A model generated the notes under the pieces. The model made no database searches. It worked only from the letters and a program-made list of their open reading frames with translations, and was not told where the DNA came from. Below, one piece after another: positions 11,135 through 24,748 of a stretch of DNA of 64,000 nucleotides (position 1 is the stretch's first letter; each line of letters begins with the position of its first letter). Origin of the DNA: Octopus sinensis. Its lineage: Eukaryota. Location of the stretch: positions 83,948,001-84,012,000 of the forward strand of contig NC_043004.1 in assembly GCF_006345805.1 (NCBI RefSeq), in the 5' to 3' direction. Made by a program: the position numbers and the translations under genes.

Positions 11135-11545
11135 TTTACTCGTTTACTTGTTTCAGTCATTTGACTGCGGCCATGCTGGAGCACCGCCTTTAGTCGAGCA
11201 AATCGACCCCGGGACTTATTCTTTGTAAGCCCAGTACTTATTCTATCGGTCTCTATTGCCGAACCGCTAAGTGACGGGGACGTAAACACACCAGCATCGA
11301 CTGTCAAGCAATGCTCGGGAGACAAACACAGACGCACAAACACACACACACACACATACATATATATACATATACATATATACGACAGGCTTCTTTCAGT
11401 TTCCGTCTACCAAATCCACTCACAAGGCATTGGTCGGCCCGGGGCTATAGCAGAAGACACTTGCCCAAGATGCCACGCAGTGAGACTGAACCCGGAACCA
11501 TGTGGTTGTTTAGCAAGCTGCTTACCACACAGCCACTCCTGCGCC
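11135..11545 (-). mobile_element. Full-length family A SINE
   Basis: Minus strand begins ggcgcaggagtggctgtgtggtaag...ggttcagtctc and ends ggcggtgctccagcatggccgcagtcaaatgactgaaac. Confidence 0.9.
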
Positions 11546-12114
11546 TATATTCATTGTTAGATTTTCTCAACTGCTATTACGTGAAAGGTTCAATATTTAT
11601 AAGTGCATATCCACACATGTATTTATGCTCACTGCAATACGCATACATATGCAAGATTATATGTACAAATGAATATTAGATATTTAAGGACACATCTGTT
11701 TAGGGGTATATATTTCTAATAAATTAACATTTGTAATCTAGTACCAGTGCACATACCTCATTTTCTTATTAATCTTAGGTGTCTCTGGCTCTAGTCACAT
11801 ACATATTGCACACGCAAACATATGCATAAAAACACCGCTCATGCAGAACAGATGCTTGTATGCATATATATGCATATATATATATGGATACGTGTGTGTT
11901 TGTGTGTGTGTTTATGTGTGTGCGTGTGTATGTATGTGTGTGTGTGTATGTGTGCGTGTGTGCAGTGAGCGAGAAAGCGGAAAAGACAAAGGAATGTTGG
12001 ACTGTGTTCGGTGTATATTGATTTTGTATTCGTGAATTTACTTCTGTATACATACATACATACACACATACGAAATTATATCTATCTATCTATCTATCTG
12101 TTAAACGATGATGA

Positions 12115-12170
<56 letters not shown>

Positions 12171-12766
12171 GGAAGGAGAAAGCAGTCACATATACACATG
12201 CAAATATACACACATATATACACATACACACATAAACATATAAAGTTGGATGAATTAATCTCTGAGGATGATTATATTTTATATATGTGTGTGTGTGTGT
12301 ATGTTTGTTTGTGCCCTTGTGTCTGTGTGTATGTGTATGTGTATATGTATGTTTATGCGTTGGTAGATATCTGTAGAAAAGCATGTATGTAATATAATGA
12401 TAAAATCGATATCGTTATGAAAATATTTATTTCCGAGTTTAAAAATGAAGGCAAGCTTAAATACACACACACTCTCCCTCTCTCTTCTTTCCTCTCTCCA
12501 CACACACATACACAGGCGCATACATAATTGCATATATCCACATATGTGAATGTGCGTGTATACTTATGTATATATGCGTACAGGGGCATATACACGGAAG
12601 TTAATATTGTGCGTGTACGCGCATGATTAATGTGATGTATAGTAAAATTGAGTTTGAATAATTCCCAAACGTTTATACATCCATAATTATTCCAGTCGCT
12701 TTAGTTAGAATACACAGCAATGCTCCCCCCTCTCTCTCTCTCTATCTTTCTCTCTCTCTCTCCCTC

Positions 12767-12894
<128 letters not shown>

Positions 12895-13944
12895 TTTGTA
12901 TGTATGTATATATGTATACACATAGTGATTCACACGTGTGTTTGTGTGTACTACGTCTCTTTATGTATAGCGTTTTCAATCACTGCGTTTCTTTTCTGCT
13001 CCTAAGCTGTATGTACATTCAGGCACGCGCAAATAATTTTAATTTCTTAGCCGCAAGCAATATTTTATAGAAAGTGCAATAGGTTGTGTGGAGAATATTG
13101 TAACCTAAACTCCCCTGGTTTTACTTGGAAAATATTATATTTATCGCCACTTGAGTGATTAAATTTTAAGGAGTTGTTGCTGTCAGCGGTAAACAAAGAA
13201 TACAGCTGCGTTTATATAAATTCATATATTAAGGAAAAAAGATGTATGAGAACTGATACACATATATCGATATACGATCCTTCTCACCATCCATATAGTC
13301 TGATTTCTTATTATGATACTCTATTACTGTGTTTTATTATTTTTCATTTAACCAAATCTATTACCAAGACCTTTCTCGTTATCGTTCTATGTGTCACGTT
13401 TTTTACCATCTCCCGACATTGTGTATATATTGGTACCATATTAAGTAGGTGATTCAGTCTATAAGAGACAATGGTATTTGAGTGTCATCAGGATGCTCTA
13501 CTTGACTGGAGAGAGCGACCGTATTGATATTTCATTTGTAGTTCGTCACATAACGTGTAATCGTAAAATGTGGACAGCCCCGTTTGTAACTTAAATTTAC
13601 GCTTAGATAGCAATTTCGCGCAGTAAATAACTTTAGATAACAGAGTATTCATCAGTTTATGCGATGAAATATTTTATGAGATATATTGATGAGGTATATT
13701 GATTATCGGTGATCATCTAATGAATGTTTTAAAGTGTGCATAATTTAATCCTGAATGCGAGGAATGTGAAACCGTAAATAAAGTGTATTTGCTTGTTTCA
13801 ATCGAAATAAATCCCATAGTTGTTAAAGGCAACGGATAGCCCGAAATATTTAATTTCTAAACTGATTTCCTTCCGTCTAAAATATGTCACGATTTTCGTA
13901 GCTGATAAACACTCGAGCAATCCGTTACGCCCAAGTTTAAATCG

Positions 13945-14290
13945 TGTCAAGGTTCATAACATAGTGGGTAGGGTACTTGTGTCAAGGTTCATAACATAGT
14001 GGGTAGGATACTTGGCTCACGGCTAAAGGCCGTGAGTTCAATTCCTAACGGTGCGTTGTCTCCTTGATCAAAACAGTTTATTTCACGCTGCTCCAATACA
14101 CACGCTCAATAAAATAAGTGGTACCTGTAATTTAAAGCGGCCAGCTTCGTCATGTTCTCTGTCAAGTTGAATGTCTTAAGGATCTTTGTTAAATGCACGC
14201 ATGTCTGTGGAGTGCTCGAACATATGCATATTAATTTCAAGAGCTATCAGTTCCGTTGTTCGGATCAACTGAACCCATTGTCTCCGTAAC
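13945..14290 (+). mobile_element. Degenerate tRNA-derived SINE (family C-like) with a 34-bp tandem duplication at its 5' end
   Basis: gtgtcaaggttcataacatagtgggtaggRtactt occurs twice; B-box-like gagttcaattcct, then gtgcgttgtctccttgatcaaaac as at 55.49 kb. Confidence 0.6.
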
Positions 14291-14813
14291 AGGTATGCGA
14301 TATCCAAGTTCCTTGGATATCATATTGCACCTTTCTCGTAACCTAAATGGCCAATATAGCTGTTCATTGTCCCATTTTACAGACTTTATCCACATATTGG
14401 CTCTATACTTGGGATAGTCCTATGCCTTGTAAGAATTACTGTTCATCTGATGATTACGGTCTTTTATAATGATATAATATTGTCATTCTTTAATTAAAAT
14501 GTTACGTAGGAAACATGTGTAATGAGCTGACAATTATCCATCGTATGTTATTATTGGTTTAATTATAATACACCAAGGAAAATTACAACTTGTCGAACAC
14601 CCTAGAGTACACCAATAACGTAAGTAAGGCGTAATTTGAACCAGCCGCTTAGGCGTTGAATACACATAGTGTTGGTTTTCTCTGTATACACAACCGAAAT
14701 ACCTTATCTGATGATTCAACTTTCATCAAACATTGGTCTGAACCATAGTGATTACCCAACACTACATGGTGCATGACTTTTCAAGTACCCGTTCTATCTG
14801 ACTCCACATCTTA

Positions 14814-14846
<33 letters not shown>

Positions 14847-15086
14847 ATCCCAAAAAGCATTTGATAGCTGATAAGGACGTGACTAATAATTTGTAATAGA
14901 ATGTTCTAAAATAATGAACCAGGTAAAGAACAGAAAATGTAGTAACAGTATAAAAATGCAAGTGCAAATTGATGCAATATCCTTATGCTGTAACCATGGA
15001 AAAGTTCAGGCCTGAAGAAAAACGAAGAAAATTAAAACATTGCTGCGCAAGTTAGAATTTAGAAAAGTAACATTTAATAAATACCC

Positions 15087-15148
<62 letters not shown>

Positions 15149-16592
15149 TATTTCTATATAACAAATTAATTAAAATATTCAAGACGTTATTTGCTTTTGG
15201 CTTAAGTGAGAAACCTACAAGTTTACAGATTAAAAATTTCATATTTCAAATTTACATGTTTAAATGTAAATATACATGCTGCAATCTTTAATGAAATTAA
15301 TTATTTTGCTATTTTAATTTTTTGTTCATTGTTATGTTTTACTCTTTTAAATTACATATATTCTACATGGGTTTAATCTTATAACACAATTTCGGTGATT
15401 TAACACTTTTGGATAATGAGTTTTGTTAAGAAAATAAGATTGAAAAATAATAAGACTGAAAATAAGGGAGAAATATATTAACCTTATATTAAAATTCTTT
15501 TAATTTCAAATAATAACTTATAATAAAACAATTTCCAATAAAATGCAAAACACTTTTAAAGGCAAAAATGTGCGCACAGTATTTGATGAAGGTTTTCAGA
15601 AATGCATTTCGCAAATTCTTACTTTAGCAGCAATTTCCTTCTTGTTCTGTTCTCTACTTGGTTCATTGCATAAGAATATTGTGTTGGCCTTTTTCATTCT
15701 GTTACAGATTCTTCAGTATTTTTGCAGCTTCAATATTTAAGATTATCCTAGGATTCTACGCTCGCATTTTTTCATCCTAGTCCACTTATGATTTTTCCTC
15801 GTCATTAGTATTTTCAAGGCCCAAATTTATGATTCAAGGATTTTCTTGCTGAATCTTCAAGTTTACATATCAATCCAGGATCATCCGTTCAAAAGTAGTA
15901 TTCCTTTACCTATCTCTACTTGTAATGAAAATTAATGAATGTTTGGATGTAATAAAATACAAGAGGTTTGAGACTGATATACTTTTAAGCAGCTTTATTG
16001 TACCTTAGTTAAGACTTTATAGTAATAACGCAGTATATTAATGCTTTTTCATCATATCTTCAAACAGAAATGGTAGATCGCGTGTGGAATTTGCAAACAC
16101 TTATATTTAAACGGCAAACTTCAGAATTCATGATATTTCAAAGACTACTCAATCATTTCTTGCAAATTGCATCCTCGTTTATTTATCGGTTTCTTTATCG
16201 ATTATGAACAAGCAATACGCGTATCAATACTATATAAGCAAGAGGGGGACGAAATCTAACTGTAAATTTGCAATCACCGAAATAAGAAAGAATATTTTAT
16301 ATAAAGTAGTAAGGTATAATTTTCATGGAAGTACCTCGAAGAAGATAATGATTTAAAGAAAATTGTGTAGAATGCAGGCTTCACAAGACACTAATCTGCC
16401 AAAAAAGTTGAACTAACTCCTAGAAAACTTCGATAGTTTTTGGATATCAACGTTTTAACTCAATATTCTAAACGGTATATTTTTTATAGATGAATCTCTT
16501 TCATAATATACCTTTAAAACAAAACATCATTCTATTTGTATCCCTCGAAGATTCTAAATTCTTATGTTATATATATATGTATATATATATAT

Positions 16593-16638
<46 letters not shown>

Positions 16639-17200
16639 CATACACGTATATTCTTTCATCTTATATCTATCTATCTATATATTATATATATATATAATAT
16701 ATATATATAAGGCATTTTGCCTAATTCGATAATTCCATGACACACACACACTCTCACACACATATATATATGGAGTATGAATATTATCGCCTGTCCTGCA
16801 TTGTAAAATTATGCGTAAATTTAGTTTACTCTAAATAATTAGTTCACACACTTATCTATAGAGGAAATATAATTGTATTGGTTCTTGCACATCTATAGCG
16901 ATTCCTTTCTACATTTGCTGGATTTAATTTCATTAAGACACCATCCTTGCTGATAAACTCTGTTGAGACATTTCATCTATTTGTTTAAATATCTTCCACA
17001 ATCGAGCATCTTTGATTACAAGAGAGTTCTATGCCGCGATCTTTCATCCCATTATTTCTAAATTGCATTATCTCATTTGCAGATAACGGCGTGTATAGTA
17101 AATGTTAATTACCAATACTTCGCCAATGGTTCAGTAAGCAACTCCTGAAGCAATACTATTTAAAATGTGTAGGAAATAATCAAGTGTTCCGCATCAAATG

Positions 17201-17239
<39 letters not shown>

Positions 17240-17848
17240 ATATATATTATATATATATATATATCCATATCGTATCATTTCATATATCAATATTTCCTTT
17301 TAAAAGACGTAATTCTAATGAATCAAATTAAAGGTGAGAATTATATAGAGCAAGACAGTAATTCTAGAGGCGTCATAGTGAGATCTAACTTCGAACCTCA
17401 AACTACGTGTGTTTATTCTACTTACCTATTCTATGCAGTAGTTAAAGCTTGATGATGTCTTGATCCAGTTTGCATTCTATAATCCTACAAATACTTTGGC
17501 TTTGATAGTTTTAAGTGGCAGGATGTGTCTCAGTCGTGTATACATAAATCATATTAAAACAGCTAAATTTTATTTTAAATAAATTCAGCTTGACGTATAT
17601 CAGGCTAATTTGGACTTGAAAAATGTCCAAATGGTCGACATCCCAACGTACAAATCTTTGGTAGACTTTATCGATTCATCAGAGGGATTCAATAGGTATT
17701 TCGTTTCAAGCCCTAAAAACTTGTACAATTAAGGATATTATGAAAAGGACAACCTTGTAATATTAATAGAAAATGCAGATAGAAAATTATATCACAGCAT
17801 ATTCGGTGCTTGAAAAGGATGTGTATAACTGTTTTAAAAGGTTACTTC

Positions 17849-17940
<92 letters not shown>

Positions 17941-17982
17941 ATGTGTGTGTGTGTGTTTGTATATACTTATATACATACATAC

Positions 17983-18037
<55 letters not shown>

Positions 18038-18565
18038 CATATATACATATATACATGCGTATACATACAATATGTATTTAAAGATATACATATTCATGGG
18101 TGTGCATATAAAATATTCATATATATGTGCATATGTATATATACCATGCGCACGTAAGTGAAAACATGTATTGTAATCACACGTCTTTGTCTGTGTCCTA
18201 GCAAAATTACTGTAAGTTGGCTTAACGGATTTTCACCAAATTCGGAAGAAATACTGATTAAGCGAGTGACTCAAAATGATGAAAATTACCTTCAAACATG
18301 CATAAATACATGCAAATACATGCGAGTGTGTGTGTGTGTGTGTGTGCGCGTATGAGTGTGTTCAGTAATGGATTCGAGGCTTTCGTTCGAGAGTTTGGTT
18401 TATTTCCGAAGTGATCTCTTAATTCCATCGGAGTATAAATAAATATGAGGGATATACTTGGAAAAGAAACTACAATTAATCTCGGAGCAGCATGTGCACC
18501 ACCCCACCGATAGCTTTTTTTCATTTTATATGTATCCCCACTCTCTTTCTCTCTCTCTCTTCTTA

Positions 18566-18622
<57 letters not shown>

Positions 18623-18630
18623 TATATATA

Positions 18631-18682
18631 GATCAATAGATAGATAGATATATAGGTAGGTAGATATATGGATAGATAGATT

Positions 18683-18715
<33 letters not shown>

Positions 18716-18716
18716 G

Positions 18717-18808
<92 letters not shown>

Positions 18809-18810
18809 GA
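18631..18810. repeat. (GATA)n microsatellite
   Basis: Seen directly. Confidence 0.97.
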
Positions 18811-18849
18811 AATAGATATAGAGAAAGAGATACAGACACAGAGAAACTT

Positions 18850-18995
18850 AACTAGGATGGAATCGTATGATTATGGTTTCGATTCCTAGGCCGCGCGATA
18901 TATTGTGCTCTTGAACAACACATTTCATTTCCAATTGCTGCCATGCTCCCAGCTGGCCAAAATGAGCATTCCAGTGACGGAGTGATTCCCGGCCT
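18850..18995 (+). mobile_element. Family C SINE fragment
   Basis: ggtttcgattcctagg...ttgtgctcttgaacaacaca...cagctggccaaaatgag matches 55470-55561. Confidence 0.65.
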
Positions 18996-19009
18996 GTGTT
19001 GTTGGTAAA

Positions 19010-19805
19010 TACGCTACAAAATCCGAAAATTTGCTTCATATGCCTGTGTCAATGAAATTACTGTTAAGACATTTAGGGTAGGTATGTAGGTAGGTATAAT
19101 CATGTATATGATTTTATCCTCCTATTTAATAGTGCTATGTCCGTGAGCTTCACTTTGAACGAAATCTTTTGAGTAAACGTAGGCAGACGGAAACTACACA
19201 ACTGGCGCCTTTGTTCTAATTATATACCTAGATCCGAAAAAATTTACAACTTTGATCTATAGTGTGACGCAGGATGGGCGCATGATGAGTCTGTTGTGGT
19301 AGAACATTAAATCTTGTTGTTATTTGAATTGCAACGCATGCAGCTCGAAGGCCTTCAGTTTGGAAAATTATAAAATAATGAAAATGACTTCGAGCAGAAG
19401 ATAGCAACAAAAGTAATCGTTAATAGAACATCATTTCTTACTGCGACGCCACTAGAGAAACTGGTCTGTTTATGTTCGGAACTGAAATAACGGAGATATG
19501 ATCAGGTAACGCATCTAACAAAAAAGCAGTAAAGAAATGTAGAATACAAGACGTTACATACGCTACAAAATCCGGAAAATTTGGCGAGAAAAGATATAAA
19601 ATATATAAGACTTTGGGGATAGGTAGGTAGGTATAATCATGTATATGGCTTTTATCCTCCTACTTAAAAGTGCTATGTCCAAGAGCTTCACATCGAACGA
19701 AATGTTTTGAGAAAACGTAGGCAGCGGAAGCTACACAATTGGCGCCTTTGTGCTAATTACATACGTAGATCTGAAAAAAGTTACAAATTTGCTCTTTAGT
19801 GTGTG
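19010..19805. repeat. Diverged head-to-tail tandem repeat, about 550-bp unit, about 1.45 copies
   Basis: tacgctacaaaatccg occurs at about 19010 and 19559; the gtaggtaggtataatcatg...ggcgcctttg...agtgtg block is repeated. Confidence 0.85.
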
Positions 19806-22747
19806 GACATTGATCCTTCCTAAGAATCGTTTTAACGTTATAACGTTACATTTGTCCTCTGCAGGCCCATATTCGTAAACATTAATTGAACAGATTGTAA
19901 ATTAGAATAATGGAAATTAATCCTCGGCGGCAAACGGTTCAACGTCACAGTTACCGCATAGGTTCCATGTAGATTATTTCTAATTTACTGAGTTTATGAT
20001 TAATCGTCATGTTTATTGATAATCTTTAAGGTTTAATTTTTTAAATATGAGAAATTTGAAATGGTCATGAAATGGTATATGACGGCCTAAGTAGCTCGAT
20101 GTAGCAAATCTGCGTTCTTCATCAATATATAATGGAAACTATATTTCAACTAAATTATTGATATCATGTATTCAAGATTTTTAGTTGCCAATTAACTGAA
20201 GCATAAACATAATAAATAAAATAGATCGAAAGATATAGCAGTTATTCCTCAAATATAAATAAATAAATTTAATTATTAATGCAACTTCATTTCTCATTGA
20301 TTTTCGTTTATAAAGAAAAATAAAATGATCGCAATTAATTACTTTTTTTTTTTAATTACGTTTTTTTTATAGTATTTCGTGTAAACATTTTAGTAAATCT
20401 TGCATTAAGAAAAAAAAACAGTAACGAAATGCTGTTGTCTCTAGCAAAACGATTGAGTGAATAGATCCACCCTCAATAGCATCAATATCCCACATCAATG
20501 TGATATGCATCATTCTGTCTTATTTCTACATTTGTATCTCTTTATGTGCTTTTAGTTAGAAGTTCGTTAAAGGGTTCATTGCTAAAAGAATTTATCTGTC
20601 GAAGAACTTGTATTTATTTGATTATTAAAAGGCCAAGTAAATACATGGACCTTCATAATTACGTTTGCTGATACTAGAGAAGAGTTTGAACTATTAGTAA
20701 ACCGAAATGAACGGCTAATTGTTTACGTATTTTGAGTAAAATGCTGAGTCAGAATAAATGGCGAGAAAAGTTATAAAGCGTATAAAGAACTCTTTATATC
20801 TTTCTAATGTGGAGGAGAATTAATTGGAAAGAAATGAATACAAACAGGGGTTGACAGCAAACTACATTCTGATTCTGGTTGTATGATCTATACTATAAAA
20901 TTGATGGATCCAACAAACGAAACCTGCTTATAGTAGCGCAGTGAAGAATAGCGATTCCTCAAAGAATGACATTTATTCAATTCAATTCAAATAGTGCCTT
21001 CATTTTTCTTCTGCGTCATCCCTTTTAATACTTAAGGTGAGCATGGTTGGGTGATATGTTGTGAGCGTGTGTGTATGTGTTTTGTACAAGTAACATAGGA
21101 TGCAACGCATAAAATTGATGTGACAGCAATGATTTTCGACCCGTGGGTCAGTTCGCATATTGATGCAGCCGCAGGTTTGTGAAATGTTTGGGGCACTATT
21201 GAAGCACGATATTTTCCTTTGTAATACAGCAGCAAATAGAGACCACCAACTGGGGTGGAGGAATCGAACAGAGAATGAATAAAAGAAGGAACATATAAAA
21301 TAACACGCTAAGAAATATCATACCACTCTACACAAATATTTTTTCAATATAATGAAATCAATAAGAAATCATAACTATAAATGAAAGTAGATTTCTGAAT
21401 GACAATTACTTCAGAAAAAATCGAATCGCACTCTTTGTGGACAGTTTATTAAACCGCCAATGTCCTTTAATACTTATCACTTTTACAGCTTATTAATTTT
21501 ATAATCGTTTATTGTGAAGAAAAACTTATATTAACTATTAAAGAAAAAGAGAGGGCGCACCGAAATTTATATTTGAACTCTATAATTGGTGTCGTATATT
21601 ATGTTTTCTGAAATTAGATTTCATTTTACATTTCTCCCTCGTTTTTTAATTACTTACGGTTTACTAATTTCCTTCTTTCAAACAGAACAATGAAGCTTTA
21701 AAATAACAATAGGAAATGCTAACCTTTTTTTGTGTTTTCTCTTGGAAAACAAAATGCAAATACATATGAGTAGGTTTGGTGATAATTAAATTCTTTTATT
21801 TCATATTTAAAAGAAAACATTTTGCCTTTATTCATCTGATTTAAAGAAAAGATATATGAGTTCAGTTATGTACTAAAACAACACCAATAATTAATACTTT
21901 TTCCAATAAAATGAAAGGCTGTTCTTTTTTTCTTTAGCTTTCAGTCACATATATTAATTCGAGAAACGTTGCATTCCACGTACCTCGAAAAGGTTCTTCC
22001 ACTTCAAGAACGGGTTTATTTTTATTTTACTTTACTTAAGACACAACCTGAATATACCTATGTTTATGCAGTAAAAATTAAGTCATTGAATTACGTTAAT
22101 ATTCTGCTTAGATGCCTCTTAACAGCAATGTTCCTTATTCCTGAGATAGGTAATTAAATTTCAAGTGAAGTATACTATATGAATGCAAGTATCCATAATT
22201 TATAACGGATCATTTGTACATCCTATTTCCCACAGAAAATAGGTCTATACCATTAAATGTATTGATAAAATATTCGAAGATCTTGGAAGAACACAAACTA
22301 TAAACTTCACAATTCCTTCTAAAGAGTACCTCTTCTTGAATCGCTATTCGTGGAAGATAGAAAAACTTCACAACACAATCGACTCCGTAGAAGCATTATT
22401 AAAATAGCTATTATTTGAGACTTTAGGTATTATTCATAAGCCCTTGTTCTCAGACAGACTTTCTTGCTGCCGCTAGATCCTATAAAATTGCTTACCTTTC
22501 GATACTTAATATCGAATAACATAAACAACTGAACCCTTCGCACTTCAATAATGAACGAGAATGTTTCACAATCACCCTTCATTTGTTGGTTATAGATTGT
22601 TTGCTTATGTTTTTCTTTTTTTTTTTCATTCCGCGTTATTGTTGTAATTTGTTTCCGTTTGTATTCGGTTAGTAAGACCGGATAAATTTTATCAAAGTAA
22701 AAATCTATGGAGTTCTGCCAGTTTCCCTTCACTGAAATTGAAATCAT

Positions 22748-23166
22748 GGATTTTTTCGGTTTGACCGGCAGCTTTTTAAAATAATTTCCACGTAACTAAA
22801 CACTTTTAAACTTCGTATACTGGTAGAATGTGTTTATAAAACATCTTTTCCTCTTGGCTTTATCGAGAATATTCTATAGTTTGCAAGATATTTGTTGTTT
22901 TTTGTTTCTTCAATTTCTGCAATTTCAACCAATCAATGACGTCTGTTGAGGTGAAAACATTATGTGCCGTATGAACATGTCCCCCGTTTAAGAAACAGAT
23001 TGGGTATATTTACATTTCTGAAAAAAATACCCTCCCCCCACCCCTAACCCTAACCCTAACCCTAAAAAAAATTGAAATGCAATAGATCGATACTAGGGTC
23101 ATAATTATGGGTGACAATTTCATATGACACCGCTAGAAAAAACTGCCGTTCAAACCGAAAAGATCC
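22748..23166. mobile_element. Non-autonomous TIR element (MITE), copy 1
   Basis: About 28-bp TIRs GGATYTTTTCGGTTTGA.CGGCAG / CTGCCGTTCAAACCGAAAAGATCC; degenerate 8-bp flanks gaaatcat/gtagtcat; internal (CCCTAA)n. Confidence 0.9.
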
Positions 23167-23727
23167 GTAGTCATCAATAACGGTATGATTTCTGTGGTTG
23201 CACAGAATGATATATTCATGTAAGGTGTCATATAGTTTGAAACTCAGGTACTGGTGCATGGGTTTCAGTTCATAAAATATATTCATGTTGTTATATTGAC
23301 ATCGCTTTTCGTTAGGAGTATATCGAATTCTACTACTTTTATGATACCACGACAAACGATATCAGTTTCTTAGCTTGCTCTTCCGTTTCGCATACTTACG
23401 ACTCAACTCAAGTTACAAAAAAGGAAAGCGCAAAGAAAAGAGTATTATTGAGATAATGAATGCGAAATATTCATTAAAAATATTCATCACAAAAAATGAA
23501 CGAGTATTTCGTATGAAAAACACGCCGATATGATCGTTCCCAATAGGCTTAGGAATTTCGTGTATATATAACAACAAAAACATCAAGAAAAAACCGAGTG
23601 CACTGGAAATGGTATCACCTATATAAATACATAAATGTATACCTAAGACACGCAAGCATACACACGCACGCACATACATACATATTAAAATAAATAGATA
23701 GATAAATAAATATATATTATATATAAC

Positions 23728-23773
<46 letters not shown>

Positions 23774-23806
23774 GTATGTATGTATATATATATATATGTA
23801 TATATA

Positions 23807-23858
<52 letters not shown>

Positions 23859-23886
23859 ATATATTATATATATATATATATTTAAA

Positions 23887-24190
23887 AGCACAGCGGTGGC
23901 TGCGATATAAGTAGCTTGCTTACCAACCGTATAGTTTCAGGTTTAGTCCCACTTTTAGGACACTTTTACTATAGTCTGTGGCCGACCAAATGCATATGAG
24001 TGAATTAGGTAGATGGAAACTGAAAGAAGCCCGTCGTGTATATATACACGCGATTACGTCTCCGAAACTTAGCAGTTCGGTAAAACAGAACGATAAATGA
24101 AGTACTGGGTTTACAATCAATAATCCTTGGGGTCGAATCTCTCGATTAAAGGCGGTGCTTCTGCACTGCCGCTGTCAAATAACTGAAACA
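23887..24190 (+). mobile_element. Degenerate family A SINE
   Basis: ggtggctgcgatataagtagcttgctt...ggaaactgaaagaagcccgtcg...ggcggtgctt...ctgaaaca. Confidence 0.8.
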
Positions 24191-24654
24191 TCTATCCATC
24201 TATCTATCTATCTATCTCTCTATCGCTCTATCTATAATAGATATTTATATAGAATTTATTTTAGTGGTTATGTTAGTCTCGTGTAGGGATGGTGTCATAC
24301 TCGTTCAATATCTAAAATTTTAGGGAGATTTGATTTCCATAAACTTATAGCAAAACAAATAATATTAAAAAGAATAGAGGCAATATAATTTGAAGTAATT
24401 AATTGTTTATTATCAGCAAGAAATCGATCATCCTCCCTTACACCTATTTCAATTATACACCGTGAAGTGAATTAAATATTCGATTCATATTTCGAACATA
24501 ATCTCTTCAGAGGGAAGAAATTATACCCCAAGATGTTATGTATGTTAGTTGGCAAATTCTTCGTAGCATATTCTTAGTCTGCTGCGGTGACATATATACA
24601 TGCATATATATATATATGTGTGGTGTGTGTGTGTGTGTGTGTGTGCCTGTGCGA

Positions 24655-24719
<65 letters not shown>

Positions 24720-24748
24720 TACATATATATACATGCACATATATACAT

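Noticed and set aside
22430-22747. Possible minus-strand exon (AG/GTAAG donor near 22496) and 105-aa ORF
   Set aside because: No recognisable protein and no matching acceptor or neighbouring exons; the motif is expected by chance.
23040-23066. (CCCTAA)n as a telomere or chromosome-fusion relic
   Set aside because: It is internal to a MITE and also present in the second copy.
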